Shown here: in pieces, positions 8,414 through 16,024 of the stretch
Numbering within the stretch: the first letter of the stretch is position 1
Layout: each line of letters starts with the position of its first letter
Source of the DNA: a virus
Lineage: Duplodnaviria > Caudoviricetes
Length of the DNA: 51,047 nucleotides
Direction: 5' to 3' (one strand)
IMG/VR virus record: IMGVR_UViG_3300014867_000001
Span: 1-51,047 of that record
Position numbers and translations under genes: made by a program
The notes under the pieces: generated by a model
Database searches by the model: none
What the model was told of the DNA's origin: nothing
What the model saw: only the letters and a program-made list of their open reading frames with translations

Positions 8414-9100
8414 ATGCTGATGAAAGAATTCCATAAGGTCCCTCACACAGGGATCGTCGTTTTGTTAAGTGGAGGGTTAGACTCCTCCACCCTCGTCTCT
8501 ACATGCGTCGAGGCTTTCGGAAGGCAGAACGTCCATCCGATCTCGTTTGACTACGGCCAGAAGCACAAGCGAGAACTGACCGCCGCAATGGCGATTGCCT
8601 CGTATTACCAGCTCCGGAATCACAAACTCATCGACATGTCCTTCTTCGCGAAGTTGGCACCGACGTCCTCGCAGACGAATCCGTTGATTGCAGTCCCGGA
8701 GGGCCACTACGCCGATGCGAGCATGAAGCTGACAGTCGTTCCCAATCGGAACTCCGTCATGCTCAACCTCGCAGTTGCGTACGCCATCGGACTCGATGTC
8801 CAGACTGTCGGCTACGCTGCTCACGCGGGAGACCACGCGATCTACCCCGACTGCCGATCGGAGTTCGTAGAAGCCGAAGCGAAGGTGTTCGAGCTGTGCG
8901 ATTACAAGCCAGTCCACCTCTTCACACCGTTCATGGGCATGTCCAAGCGTGCGATTGCGATGCTCGCGCGGGGCAACGGTACTCCAATCGAATTCACCTA
9001 CTCCTGCTACGTCGGCGAATACAACCATTGCGGGAAGTGTGGGACGTGTGTCGAGCGGAAAGAAGCGTTGGAAGGCTTTGATCCGACGAGGTATGAGTGA
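8414..9100 (+). CDS. queC: 7-cyano-7-deazaguanine synthase
   Basis: SGGLDS PP-loop, YGQKH..E, VPNRN, YPDCR, and Zn site SCY...CGKCGTC. Confidence 0.96.
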   Translation: MLMKEFHKVPHTGIVVLLSGGLDSSTLVSTCVEAFGRQNVHPISFDYGQKHKRELTAAMAIASYYQLRNHKLIDMSFFAKLAPTSSQTNPLIAVPEGHYADASMKLTVVPNRNSVMLNLAVAYAIGLDVQTVGYAAHAGDHAIYPDCRSEFVEAEAKVFELCDYKPVHLFTPFMGMSKRAIAMLARGNGTPIEFTYSCYVGEYNHCGKCGTCVERKEALEGFDPTRYE

Positions 9101-9252
9101 TGGCCCGTCCGACACCGAAATCAGGAATGAAAGTTACTTTTTCTGTCAGCATCAGCCTTGAGGAGGCTATTGCTTTGAAGGCTTTGGCTGACAAAAAGGA
9201 AACGTCGCCTCAGGAAATTGTTCGAGACCTCATTTCGAAGGCTACAAAGTGA
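9100..9252 (+). CDS. Ribbon-helix-helix (CopG/Arc-like) protein, 50 aa
   Basis: Hand translation ...KVTFSVSISLEEAIALKALADKKETSPQEIVRDLISK; beta-alpha-alpha pattern; overlaps the queC stop. Confidence 0.6.
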   Translation: MARPTPKSGMKVTFSVSISLEEAIALKALADKKETSPQEIVRDLISKATK

Positions 9253-10073
9253 TCTTCATCACCCACGTGGAATTCCTCCAGCTGGAAGACCACGTCTCCA
9301 CGCGTTCGCTTTGGAGTCCCGGCTCTCATCCCGGGACTTGGGTGCAATCCAAACGTATCGCTGACGGAGACTTTCCTCACTTCTTCCTCGCTACGGAACG
9401 CAAATCCGAAGACGTGTTCGAAGTCGCTGGAATGGGCATCGGCGAGACCTGGAGCGATGACGAAATCAAACGGCACCTCATCGACATCCTCCGTTCAGGC
9501 ACCGACTATGGCACACGTATCAACATCGAACGCTACCTCGAGAAACTCGGCGTCGTTGGATTCCGAGGTCATGCAGGCAATCTCCTTCGAGTTGTATATG
9601 GCGAGGTTGAGGTACCGGCTCTCCCGGAAGCGATCGACAGAACGTTCTTCTTCGCGGATCAACCCGGATGGATGCAACTCAAATGGCGCGGCGGAGAAAC
9701 CATCCAAGTAATCGTTTCCGTCTACGACTTCGAACACGACGGATATCTCATCGGAACCGGTAACATCCGGGGCTGCTACGGAGCTGACGCAGTTGTCCGC
9801 AATCACTCCCTTCCCGGCTCACCAATTGACTATCCCTACGGCTTCTTTCCAGACAGGAGAAAACGTGACGCATCAGTTCGTTCAACAGACATGGGAACAA
9901 GTCCTGGAGGAGGCAACTCGGCTCTCCCTAGCGTGGGTGGGGGAGATAGTCCTCAACCAGTCACGAATCCAGGTCTACCGGAATTGCCCACGGAAGTTCT
10001 ACTGGAAGTTCGTGGAGAACCTGGAGCCGGAGAGGATCGCGTTGAACCTGGAAGTGGGATCCGGAACGCATGA
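9249..10073 (+). CDS. Hypothetical protein (C-terminus overlaps the nuclease gene)
   Basis: GTGA overlap start; last ~70 codons overlap the next gene out of frame. Confidence 0.6.
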   Translation: MIFITHVEFLQLEDHVSTRSLWSPGSHPGTWVQSKRIADGDFPHFFLATERKSEDVFEVAGMGIGETWSDDEIKRHLIDILRSGTDYGTRINIERYLEKLGVVGFRGHAGNLLRVVYGEVEVPALPEAIDRTFFFADQPGWMQLKWRGGETIQVIVSVYDFEHDGYLIGTGNIRGCYGADAVVRNHSLPGSPIDYPYGFFPDRRKRDASVRSTDMGTSPGGGNSALPSVGGGDSPQPVTNPGLPELPTEVLLEVRGEPGAGEDRVEPGSGIRNA

Positions 10074-10839
10074 GGGTCTTGCTCAGCTCGGCGCTGGCGC
10101 GGATATTGACACTGCCGTCGGTGCCGCCCGTGAGCGGTTCCGTAAGAACCTTCCCAAGCGGATGCTCCCGGGAGATAAGGAGCTCTACCTCGAGTCCGAG
10201 GACCTCGTCGAGAAACTTCTCCGTCATTACGTTGAGTATTGGACGGATCAAGGCGAGATGTTTCGACCTCTCGGAAATGAGGTCGCCGGAACCGTTGAAG
10301 TGGGCACGGGGACGGGGATCTTTCAACGTTTCAAAACCGACAAGTTCGTCAACGCGTTCCACGGTCTGTGGATTGTTGACCACAAAACTGCGGCGAAGAT
10401 GGACCCGCGTGAGATGATGAAGTATCAGATGGACCTCCAGATGACTTCGTACATCTACGGCGGACGCAAGCTCCTCGGCGTGGAGATCGGTGGCGTAATC
10501 GTCGACTTCCTCGTCAAGACGAAGGTTCCGCAGTTCGCGAGGGAAGCATTCGAACGCACACACAAAGAACTCCGCGAGTTCGAGTTCAACTTCACGGGTT
10601 GGGCGGAGAAGATTCGTCACGACTACATCGAGATGGCTCACTTCGTCGAGATCCACGACCGTGAGATGTCCACCGGTCCATGGAACGCATTCCCGCGGAA
10701 CGAGAGCGAGTGCTTCCGCTACGGCACCTGCCCGTTCCGCACACTCTGTCTCGATCCCGGTAATATGGGGCTGCGGATGGAGTTCGTCAAGCGCGAGGAA
10801 GACTACGTCGATAACGCGGACCTCCTGAAGGAGAAGTGA
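9865..10839 (+). CDS. PD-(D/E)XK (Cas4/RecB-like) exonuclease
   Basis: SRIQVYRNCPRKF, GSGTHEGL, IVDHKT, QMTSY, C..CPFRTLC; AGGAGA RBS before GTG 9865. Confidence 0.88.
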   Translation: MTHQFVQQTWEQVLEEATRLSLAWVGEIVLNQSRIQVYRNCPRKFYWKFVENLEPERIALNLEVGSGTHEGLAQLGAGADIDTAVGAARERFRKNLPKRMLPGDKELYLESEDLVEKLLRHYVEYWTDQGEMFRPLGNEVAGTVEVGTGTGIFQRFKTDKFVNAFHGLWIVDHKTAAKMDPREMMKYQMDLQMTSYIYGGRKLLGVEIGGVIVDFLVKTKVPQFAREAFERTHKELREFEFNFTGWAEKIRHDYIEMAHFVEIHDREMSTGPWNAFPRNESECFRYGTCPFRTLCLDPGNMGLRMEFVKREEDYVDNADLLKEK

Positions 10840-11048
10840 TGAAGAACCTAGTTTGTGAAGGCGGGTGTAACAACGGCCTAGTCGAGTTATTCGACGAGCA
10901 CGTTCACTCCGTCAAAGGAGATCGGACAGCCATCGACCCGTCTTGGTTGGATCGGGCACGTCGATTCGTTCACACCCTACATACGTGGGTCTCCGTGAAC
11001 AGGTGGCGTTGTACTGCTTGCGGAACCGTACGGAAGTTCAACGACTAA
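10836..11048 (+). CDS. Small zinc-ribbon protein
   Basis: CEGGC...H...CTAC. Confidence 0.55.
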   Translation: MMKNLVCEGGCNNGLVELFDEHVHSVKGDRTAIDPSWLDRARRFVHTLHTWVSVNRWRCTACGTVRKFND

Positions 11049-11560
11049 TGGACGGCTCCACAATCATCACGCCCCTCTACGGCCATCTTCTCGTCTCAAG
11101 GGATCCGGATATTGGCACCATCCCGCTTGCCGAGAACAAGTTCGCTCCGGACAAGAAGTTCATCATCATGCCGGATGTCGAGAAGAAACGCACTCAGAGT
11201 GGCGTCGTCCACGCACACAACATGACCGGGGATTGGGAAGCCGACGAGGGAGATATCGGCGGGTGCCGCATTCTCTGGTCCAAATACGCAGAACGTGAGT
11301 TCACCATCAACAACCACACGTTCTGCATCGTCGATGAGCGAGATGTCCTCGCCATTTTCACAGGAGCGAAAGTCATGGAGAAGTCCGAATTCCTCGAGAA
11401 GGTCAACGAATTCCTCAACGAGATTCCCGGTGACGAGCTGACCGCCGAGAACCTCACGCAGATCCAGGACCAGGTCGAGGCGCTCGCCGAGACCGAGCAG
11501 GGCGTCGAGGACGGTGAGGAAGACGGCGACGAGCCGGCCGCGGAAGAGAAGAGCGAGTAG
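11048..11560 (+). CDS. groES: GroES/Cpn10-like co-chaperonin with acidic C-terminal extension
   Basis: ITPLYGHLLV, IIMPD..K....GVV.A, ILWSKYA..E, IVDERDVLAIF match the Cpn10 pattern. Confidence 0.75.
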   Translation: MDGSTIITPLYGHLLVSRDPDIGTIPLAENKFAPDKKFIIMPDVEKKRTQSGVVHAHNMTGDWEADEGDIGGCRILWSKYAEREFTINNHTFCIVDERDVLAIFTGAKVMEKSEFLEKVNEFLNEIPGDELTAENLTQIQDQVEALAETEQGVEDGEEDGDEPAAEEKSE

Positions 11561-11808
11561 TGCCCAAACCCGAAATCGTGGTGCTCGGAACAATTCGAGC
11601 ACCACGACTCGGCGTTCTGACGGTGGTTCAAAACACCTCCGCAGACGCATGGCAGATTCAGCTACGACAGGAATCGGGGAAGGAAGGTGCGTTGATGTCT
11701 ATCGCCCTCGATCCAGTCACCGGACGCGTGATCCACACGAAGCATGATGAGTTCGAAAACCAGCAGGCTTCGACGATCATTCTAGGAGGGCCAATTGGCA
11801 ATTCCTGA
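11560..11808 (+). CDS. Hypothetical protein
   Basis: Coupled ORF in the operon. Confidence 0.55.
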   Translation: MPKPEIVVLGTIRAPRLGVLTVVQNTSADAWQIQLRQESGKEGALMSIALDPVTGRVIHTKHDEFENQQASTIILGGPIGNS

Positions 11809-12649
11809 ACTTCGACGAACGAATCAACTCAGGGAGGCATACGCAACGATCCTTGCAGCGGCCCCTCCCCGGTGGGGTAAGACTCGTCTCATCCGCACCG
11901 CAACGAAACCACTCGTCCTCGCGTGCGAGATGGGTTCTAAAAAGGGTCTTGGGACGTTGCAGGATCTTGAAGTTCCTTTCTTCCCGTGCGATACGATGGA
12001 AGAGCTTCTCGATGTCGCACGTGAGCTCCGGAGGGACAGAGAGAAGTGCTCCTACAAGGGCGAGTACTTCGATCACGTCTTCCTAGACTCCGCGTCCGTC
12101 GCCGGTGAACTCGGCCTGGAAGGTGCGAAGAAGACCTTCGGCTTCGGCGAATTCATGTGGGACTCCGTTAAGGGCTCGGGAAAAGATCCGCGCAAGGCCT
12201 ATCCCTACATGAACGAGAAAGTCCGCCAACTGATGAAAATCCTCTTCGACATCAAGGCGCACTTCATCGCAATCTCCCGCGAGGCCGTTGTCGAGATCGA
12301 AGACGAACAAGGTAACAAAACAATGTGGTCAGTCCCGGAGTTTCCTGGAACGAAACTTCCCAACGAACTCCCTGGTTGGCCTGATGCCGTTCTCCGCGGT
12401 GAATTCGTGAATGGCCGTCGCTTGTTCAGGACAAAGTCCCTCGCGAGGAAGGTTGCGGGAATTCGTGTCCCCGACAACGTCCCCGGATCAACGAGCATAG
12501 CGACGGCCATTCCTGATTTCATCATCCCGAACACAACCCTCATCTGCCGTTGGATGCAGACGTGGGATCCCGCTCTTCTCAAACAGCTCACTCCTGTGAA
12601 AGAAGAAAAACCAAAGGCGGCGCCCGTTGCCTCGCCTGTTGGTCGTTAG
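11795..12649 (+). CDS. AAA_24-type (Sak4-like) ATPase/recombinase
   Basis: APPRWGKT Walker A, VFLDS Walker B; context between exonuclease and SSB. Confidence 0.8.
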   Translation: MAIPELRRTNQLREAYATILAAAPPRWGKTRLIRTATKPLVLACEMGSKKGLGTLQDLEVPFFPCDTMEELLDVARELRRDREKCSYKGEYFDHVFLDSASVAGELGLEGAKKTFGFGEFMWDSVKGSGKDPRKAYPYMNEKVRQLMKILFDIKAHFIAISREAVVEIEDEQGNKTMWSVPEFPGTKLPNELPGWPDAVLRGEFVNGRRLFRTKSLARKVAGIRVPDNVPGSTSIATAIPDFIIPNTTLICRWMQTWDPALLKQLTPVKEEKPKAAPVASPVGR

Positions 12650-12751
12650 TCTCGCTTTGTTTTGGTTTGTAACACTCTGTATCAACCCGTTAGCCGCGGT
12701 AGGAATCGCTTTTACCGCATTTCTCGTAACCCGTAAGAAAGGTAGCTAGCT

Positions 12752-13165
12752 ATGTCACTTCCGAAAACGCAGGTCAAGGACGCCAAGGGCGGAGAGCCCG
12801 TCCCTGCCGGCACGTATCGCCTCGAGCTCCGCAAGATCACGGCCGTCGACAAGCCGGGGAAAGAGCCCCGCCTCGACGTGCAGCTTGTGATCACCGACGA
12901 CGGCGAGTACCTCGGTCGTTACGTCTTCGCAATGCTCTTCCTCGCACCCGGCAAGAACTTCATGCTGAAGAAGCTCTGCGACGCTCTCCAGCTCGACCCG
13001 GAAGCGGAGATCATCAACGACGCTGGCGAGTTCGTCGGTCAGGAACTCTTCATCGGCACCTCGGTCAACGGCGTCGTTGAAGTCGAGGACGCGCACACCG
13101 GTGACGACGGCGTCGAGTACGAGGCCCGCAACAAGGTCAAGCAGTTCATCTCGGTGTTCGGCTAG
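12752..13165 (+). CDS. DUF669-like single-stranded DNA-binding protein
   Basis: PVPAGTY...GEYLGRYVF...RNKVKQF pattern; strong codon bias; follows the AAA_24 ATPase. Confidence 0.75.
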   Translation: MSLPKTQVKDAKGGEPVPAGTYRLELRKITAVDKPGKEPRLDVQLVITDDGEYLGRYVFAMLFLAPGKNFMLKKLCDALQLDPEAEIINDAGEFVGQELFIGTSVNGVVEVEDAHTGDDGVEYEARNKVKQFISVFG

Positions 13166-13252
13166 GGATCTCCTGCTGAGGTCAACTCCTTCCTCAGCCT
13201 CCTAGCCTTCGGGTGCCGGAGAGGTTTGGCCGCCTCTCCGGTATTCGTATTT
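13160..13252 (+). terminator. Two tandem hairpins, the second terminator-like
   Basis: GGCTAGG/CCTAGCC enclosing GCTGAGG/CCTCAGC, then GCCGGAGAGG/CCTCTCCGGT followed by ATTCGTATTT. Confidence 0.6.
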
Positions 13253-13272
13253 CCTCACGGCCGGTATGAAAC

Positions 13273-13614
13273 ATGGCAAAGAAGACAGGTTACACGTCGA
13301 AGAGCGGAGCGAAGAGGTCGGAGAAGCTCCCGAACACGAATCGCGTTCCGCTCGGCTTCATCCAGATGATCGCGACGCGTGGTGACGAGGGTGAGGAGAA
13401 GTACACTCGCTTCAACTACCGGAAGGGTCTCAGGGATCCGGAGTTCGTCGAAGAGTTCTTCGGGCACGCAATCGCTCACATCCAGAACCTCGCGAACGAG
13501 TACCACAACACGGGAACGTTCCCCGAGCAGACCGACGACGATCTCGCAGGAGCAGCCTGGGGACTCATGGCTCTCTGGGAAGCGCGTGAAGCGCAGCGGA
13601 AGGCTTCGAAGTGA
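13273..13614 (+). CDS. DUF5664-like (dATP/dGTP diphosphohydrolase N-terminal domain) protein
   Basis: SGAKR...VP....GEEKY..FNYRKG...HA.AH...DDLAGAAWGL pattern. Confidence 0.75.
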   Translation: MAKKTGYTSKSGAKRSEKLPNTNRVPLGFIQMIATRGDEGEEKYTRFNYRKGLRDPEFVEEFFGHAIAHIQNLANEYHNTGTFPEQTDDDLAGAAWGLMALWEAREAQRKASK

Positions 13615-13799
13615 AATACGAGCTTGCGGTTGAAGCGGGTGGAGAACGTTTCACCCTAACGCTTCAGACGAGGGATCTCGAAGCACACTCGAAGTTGCAG
13701 ACGGAAACGGAAGCAGTGGAGATGATCATGAAGGATGCTCAGTTCAACCTGATCACCCTGCTCTCCTCCATTCATTCCAACAAGGAGGCTGGAGCATGA
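13611..13799 (+). CDS. Hypothetical protein
   Basis: Coupled overlaps. Confidence 0.55.
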   Translation: MKYELAVEAGGERFTLTLQTRDLEAHSKLQTETEAVEMIMKDAQFNLITLLSSIHSNKEAGA

Positions 13800-14236
13800 T
13801 TGTTACTCGCTCGATCGAGTTCCCGATGGGGCACCGGCTCCAAGCACACGGAGGCCTCTGTCGGTACGTGCATGGCCATAACTACAAAGTCGCCGTTACC
13901 ATCGAAGCGGAGCGGCTTGACGTCCAAGGCATGGTCATCGACTTCTCCGATTTGAAGGTGGAGATGGATGCCTTGTTCAAGAAGTATGATCATGCCCTCA
14001 TTCTTCAAGAGTTCGATCCGCTCTACTCCTTTGCGAGGAACAGTCTCGAATCGAACGCCTTCGGGCTTGGACGGATCATTCCGATGACTGCACCTCCGAC
14101 CGCAGAGAATCTTGCTCGTCTTTGGTTCCAGCAGCTTGACACGATGATCGGAGACGCAGCAAGGGGCGTTTTCGTCAAGAGCGTTACCGTTCACGAATCC
14201 GCTAACACGTCCGCGACGTATTGGTTGGAGCGTTAA
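13796..14236 (+). CDS. queD: 6-carboxy-5,6,7,8-tetrahydropterin synthase
   Basis: GHRL....C..VHGHNY, GMVIDF..LK, DHA, PTAENLA, terminal E. Confidence 0.95.
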   Translation: MIVTRSIEFPMGHRLQAHGGLCRYVHGHNYKVAVTIEAERLDVQGMVIDFSDLKVEMDALFKKYDHALILQEFDPLYSFARNSLESNAFGLGRIIPMTAPPTAENLARLWFQQLDTMIGDAARGVFVKSVTVHESANTSATYWLER

Positions 14237-14895
14237 TGCAACCCTCCTTCCAAGTCGCTGAACGCTTCATCTCCGAACAAGGTGAAGGCATCTACACTGG
14301 CACGCTGATGGGATTCATCCGCTTCACTGGATGCTCGGTCAGCAAGAAAGTCTGCCACCACTGCGATACCGACTTCGACCATATGGATCCGTGGAAGGGT
14401 GGCGGTCCGCTGCGACAGAGCGACCTCATCGAGTGGGCTGTCAAAGCTGATCTCCGCCACATCGCACTTACCGGCGGAGAGCCTTTCGACCAGCCTAACC
14501 TCCAAGAACTTGTCGAAGGTTTCACAACGGCAGACGGGATGGGTCCGTTCCAAGTCCACATCGAAACCTCCGGCACGATCAAGCTCCCTGACTGGGCTTC
14601 CGCCGACAACGTTTGGGTCACCATGTCCCCGAAACCCGGTTGGCTTCGTGAGAACATCACTCCTACAAAAGAGATCAAAGTCATCGTAGGCGGACTCGGC
14701 AATGGTCCGGGCTGGCCAACAATCGACGATGCCCTCTTCTTCGCGAACGAATGCGGTAAGCCGACGTTCCTCCAGCCGAGGAATAAGAAGTTCGACGTCG
14801 ACTACGAGAATCTCCGGATCGTTCAGGACCTCATTCGGCAGCATCCTGAACTCCGGCTGTCAATCCAACTCCACAAAATCCTCAAGGTGCGCTGA
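14236..14895 (+). CDS. queE: 7-carboxy-7-deazaguanine synthase (radical SAM)
   Basis: SEQGEG..TG..FIRFTGC...C..CDT, TGGEP, IETSGT, SPK, LQP, LSIQLHK. Confidence 0.95.
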   Translation: MQPSFQVAERFISEQGEGIYTGTLMGFIRFTGCSVSKKVCHHCDTDFDHMDPWKGGGPLRQSDLIEWAVKADLRHIALTGGEPFDQPNLQELVEGFTTADGMGPFQVHIETSGTIKLPDWASADNVWVTMSPKPGWLRENITPTKEIKVIVGGLGNGPGWPTIDDALFFANECGKPTFLQPRNKKFDVDYENLRIVQDLIRQHPELRLSIQLHKILKVR

Positions 14896-15005
14896 TGTCC
14901 ATTCAGGTAGACAACGCTCTCGCTGATCTCCTCGTCGAGATCAAGAAACTCGTCATCGTTCTCCGTGAACTCGCAGAAATTGCGAAGAAGGAAGATCAGA
15001 AGTGA
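14895..15005 (+). CDS. Small helical peptide (36 aa)
   Basis: Fills the gap with overlaps at both ends; MSIQVDNALADLLVEIKKLVIVLRELAEIAKKEDQK. Confidence 0.5.
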   Translation: MSIQVDNALADLLVEIKKLVIVLRELAEIAKKEDQK

Positions 15006-15310
15006 AAACCAACACCATCCCTTCCGGGCGTGAGCGCCGCACGTTTGAGACCCCGGAAACGCTCAAGGAATGCACCGAGATCACTGCCGAGTACTTCGCC
15101 GGCAAGAGTGCGGACATCCCTCTCTACTACCTCTTCGGCGCGATCCAGTTCCTCGCGGTCACCATCAGCCATCTCCGGGAGGAGATCGATGTCCTCAAGA
15201 AGAACGCGCACGTCCCTGTCGACATCGATGCGACGGTCAACAAACTCATCTACAAGCGCGAAGCCGAGCTCGCGAAGCAGAAAGCCGCGCCCGTTGCCCC
15301 GACGACGTAA
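15002..15310 (+). CDS. Hypothetical protein
   Basis: GTGA overlap; codon use like its neighbours. Confidence 0.65.
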   Translation: MKTNTIPSGRERRTFETPETLKECTEITAEYFAGKSADIPLYYLFGAIQFLAVTISHLREEIDVLKKNAHVPVDIDATVNKLIYKREAELAKQKAAPVAPTT

Positions 15311-15860
15311 GTCTTCCCGCTTCAACACACCCCAAATGGAGCAGGGCATTTCCCTGCTCCTGAAGGGACTAGGTATCGATGCCGCTTCCGAAAACTACCG
15401 TGAAACACCTGCGCGGGTCACGAGGTTATTCCAGGAATTACTCTCCCCCAAGCAGTCCAACTGGAAGTCGTTTTCTTCCAGGTACCGCGGAATGGTTCTT
15501 CTTCGAAACCATGAAGTCTACGGACTCTGTCCTCACCATCTCCAAGTCGTGCGGATGCGTGTTTACATTGGATACATCCCGCAAGACCGTGCAGTGGGAT
15601 TATCTAAACTTGCCCGTGCAGTTGAAGAGCATCTCTCAATGCCGGTCTTGCAGGAAGACCTCACCGATAACGTTGCTAACTCCATCGAAGAACGGCTTAA
15701 ACCTGTGGGTTGTGCCGTCGTCATCGTTGGTAAGCACGGTTGTATGCGACATCGCGGGATCCGATCCAAAGGCGACGTCATCACGTCGTCGCTCAGGGGA
15801 GCGCTCTTCAACGTCCCGGCGGCGCGCGAAGAATTCATGATGATGATAGGGGGATTGTGA
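15294..15860 (+). CDS. folE: GTP cyclohydrolase I
   Basis: ETPARV, LCPHHL, GYIP, GLSKLAR, LQEDLT, HGCM..RG; start is TTG 15294 or ATG 15336. Confidence 0.95.
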   Translation: MPRRRKSSRFNTPQMEQGISLLLKGLGIDAASENYRETPARVTRLFQELLSPKQSNWKSFSSRYRGMVLLRNHEVYGLCPHHLQVVRMRVYIGYIPQDRAVGLSKLARAVEEHLSMPVLQEDLTDNVANSIEERLKPVGCAVVIVGKHGCMRHRGIRSKGDVITSSLRGALFNVPAAREEFMMMIGGL

Positions 15861-16024
15861 TGCCGAAGACTTACATTGGTGACGGCGTCTACTGTGAGGT
15901 GATGAACGGAGAAATCATTCTCACAACGGAAGATGGGGTCCGTAAGACGAATACGATCTTCCTAGAGCCATACATGATCGAATTCATCCTAACCTTCCTT
16001 CGCAATCAAGGCGTGATTAAGTGA
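15860..16024 (+). CDS. Small hypothetical phage protein
   Basis: TYIGDGVY...IILTT...IFLEP; overlaps the folE stop and the pol start. Confidence 0.65.
   Translation: MPKTYIGDGVYCEVMNGEIILTTEDGVRKTNTIFLEPYMIEFILTFLRNQGVIK

Noticed and set aside
9865-10839. Cas4-like nuclease as part of a CRISPR system
   Set aside because: No repeat-spacer array or other cas genes were seen; the context is the usual exonuclease-ATPase-SSB recombination module.
15030-15293. N-terminal extension of FolE in the ORF track
   Set aside because: It is an out-of-frame overlap with gene 15002..15310; FolE similarity starts near 15300.
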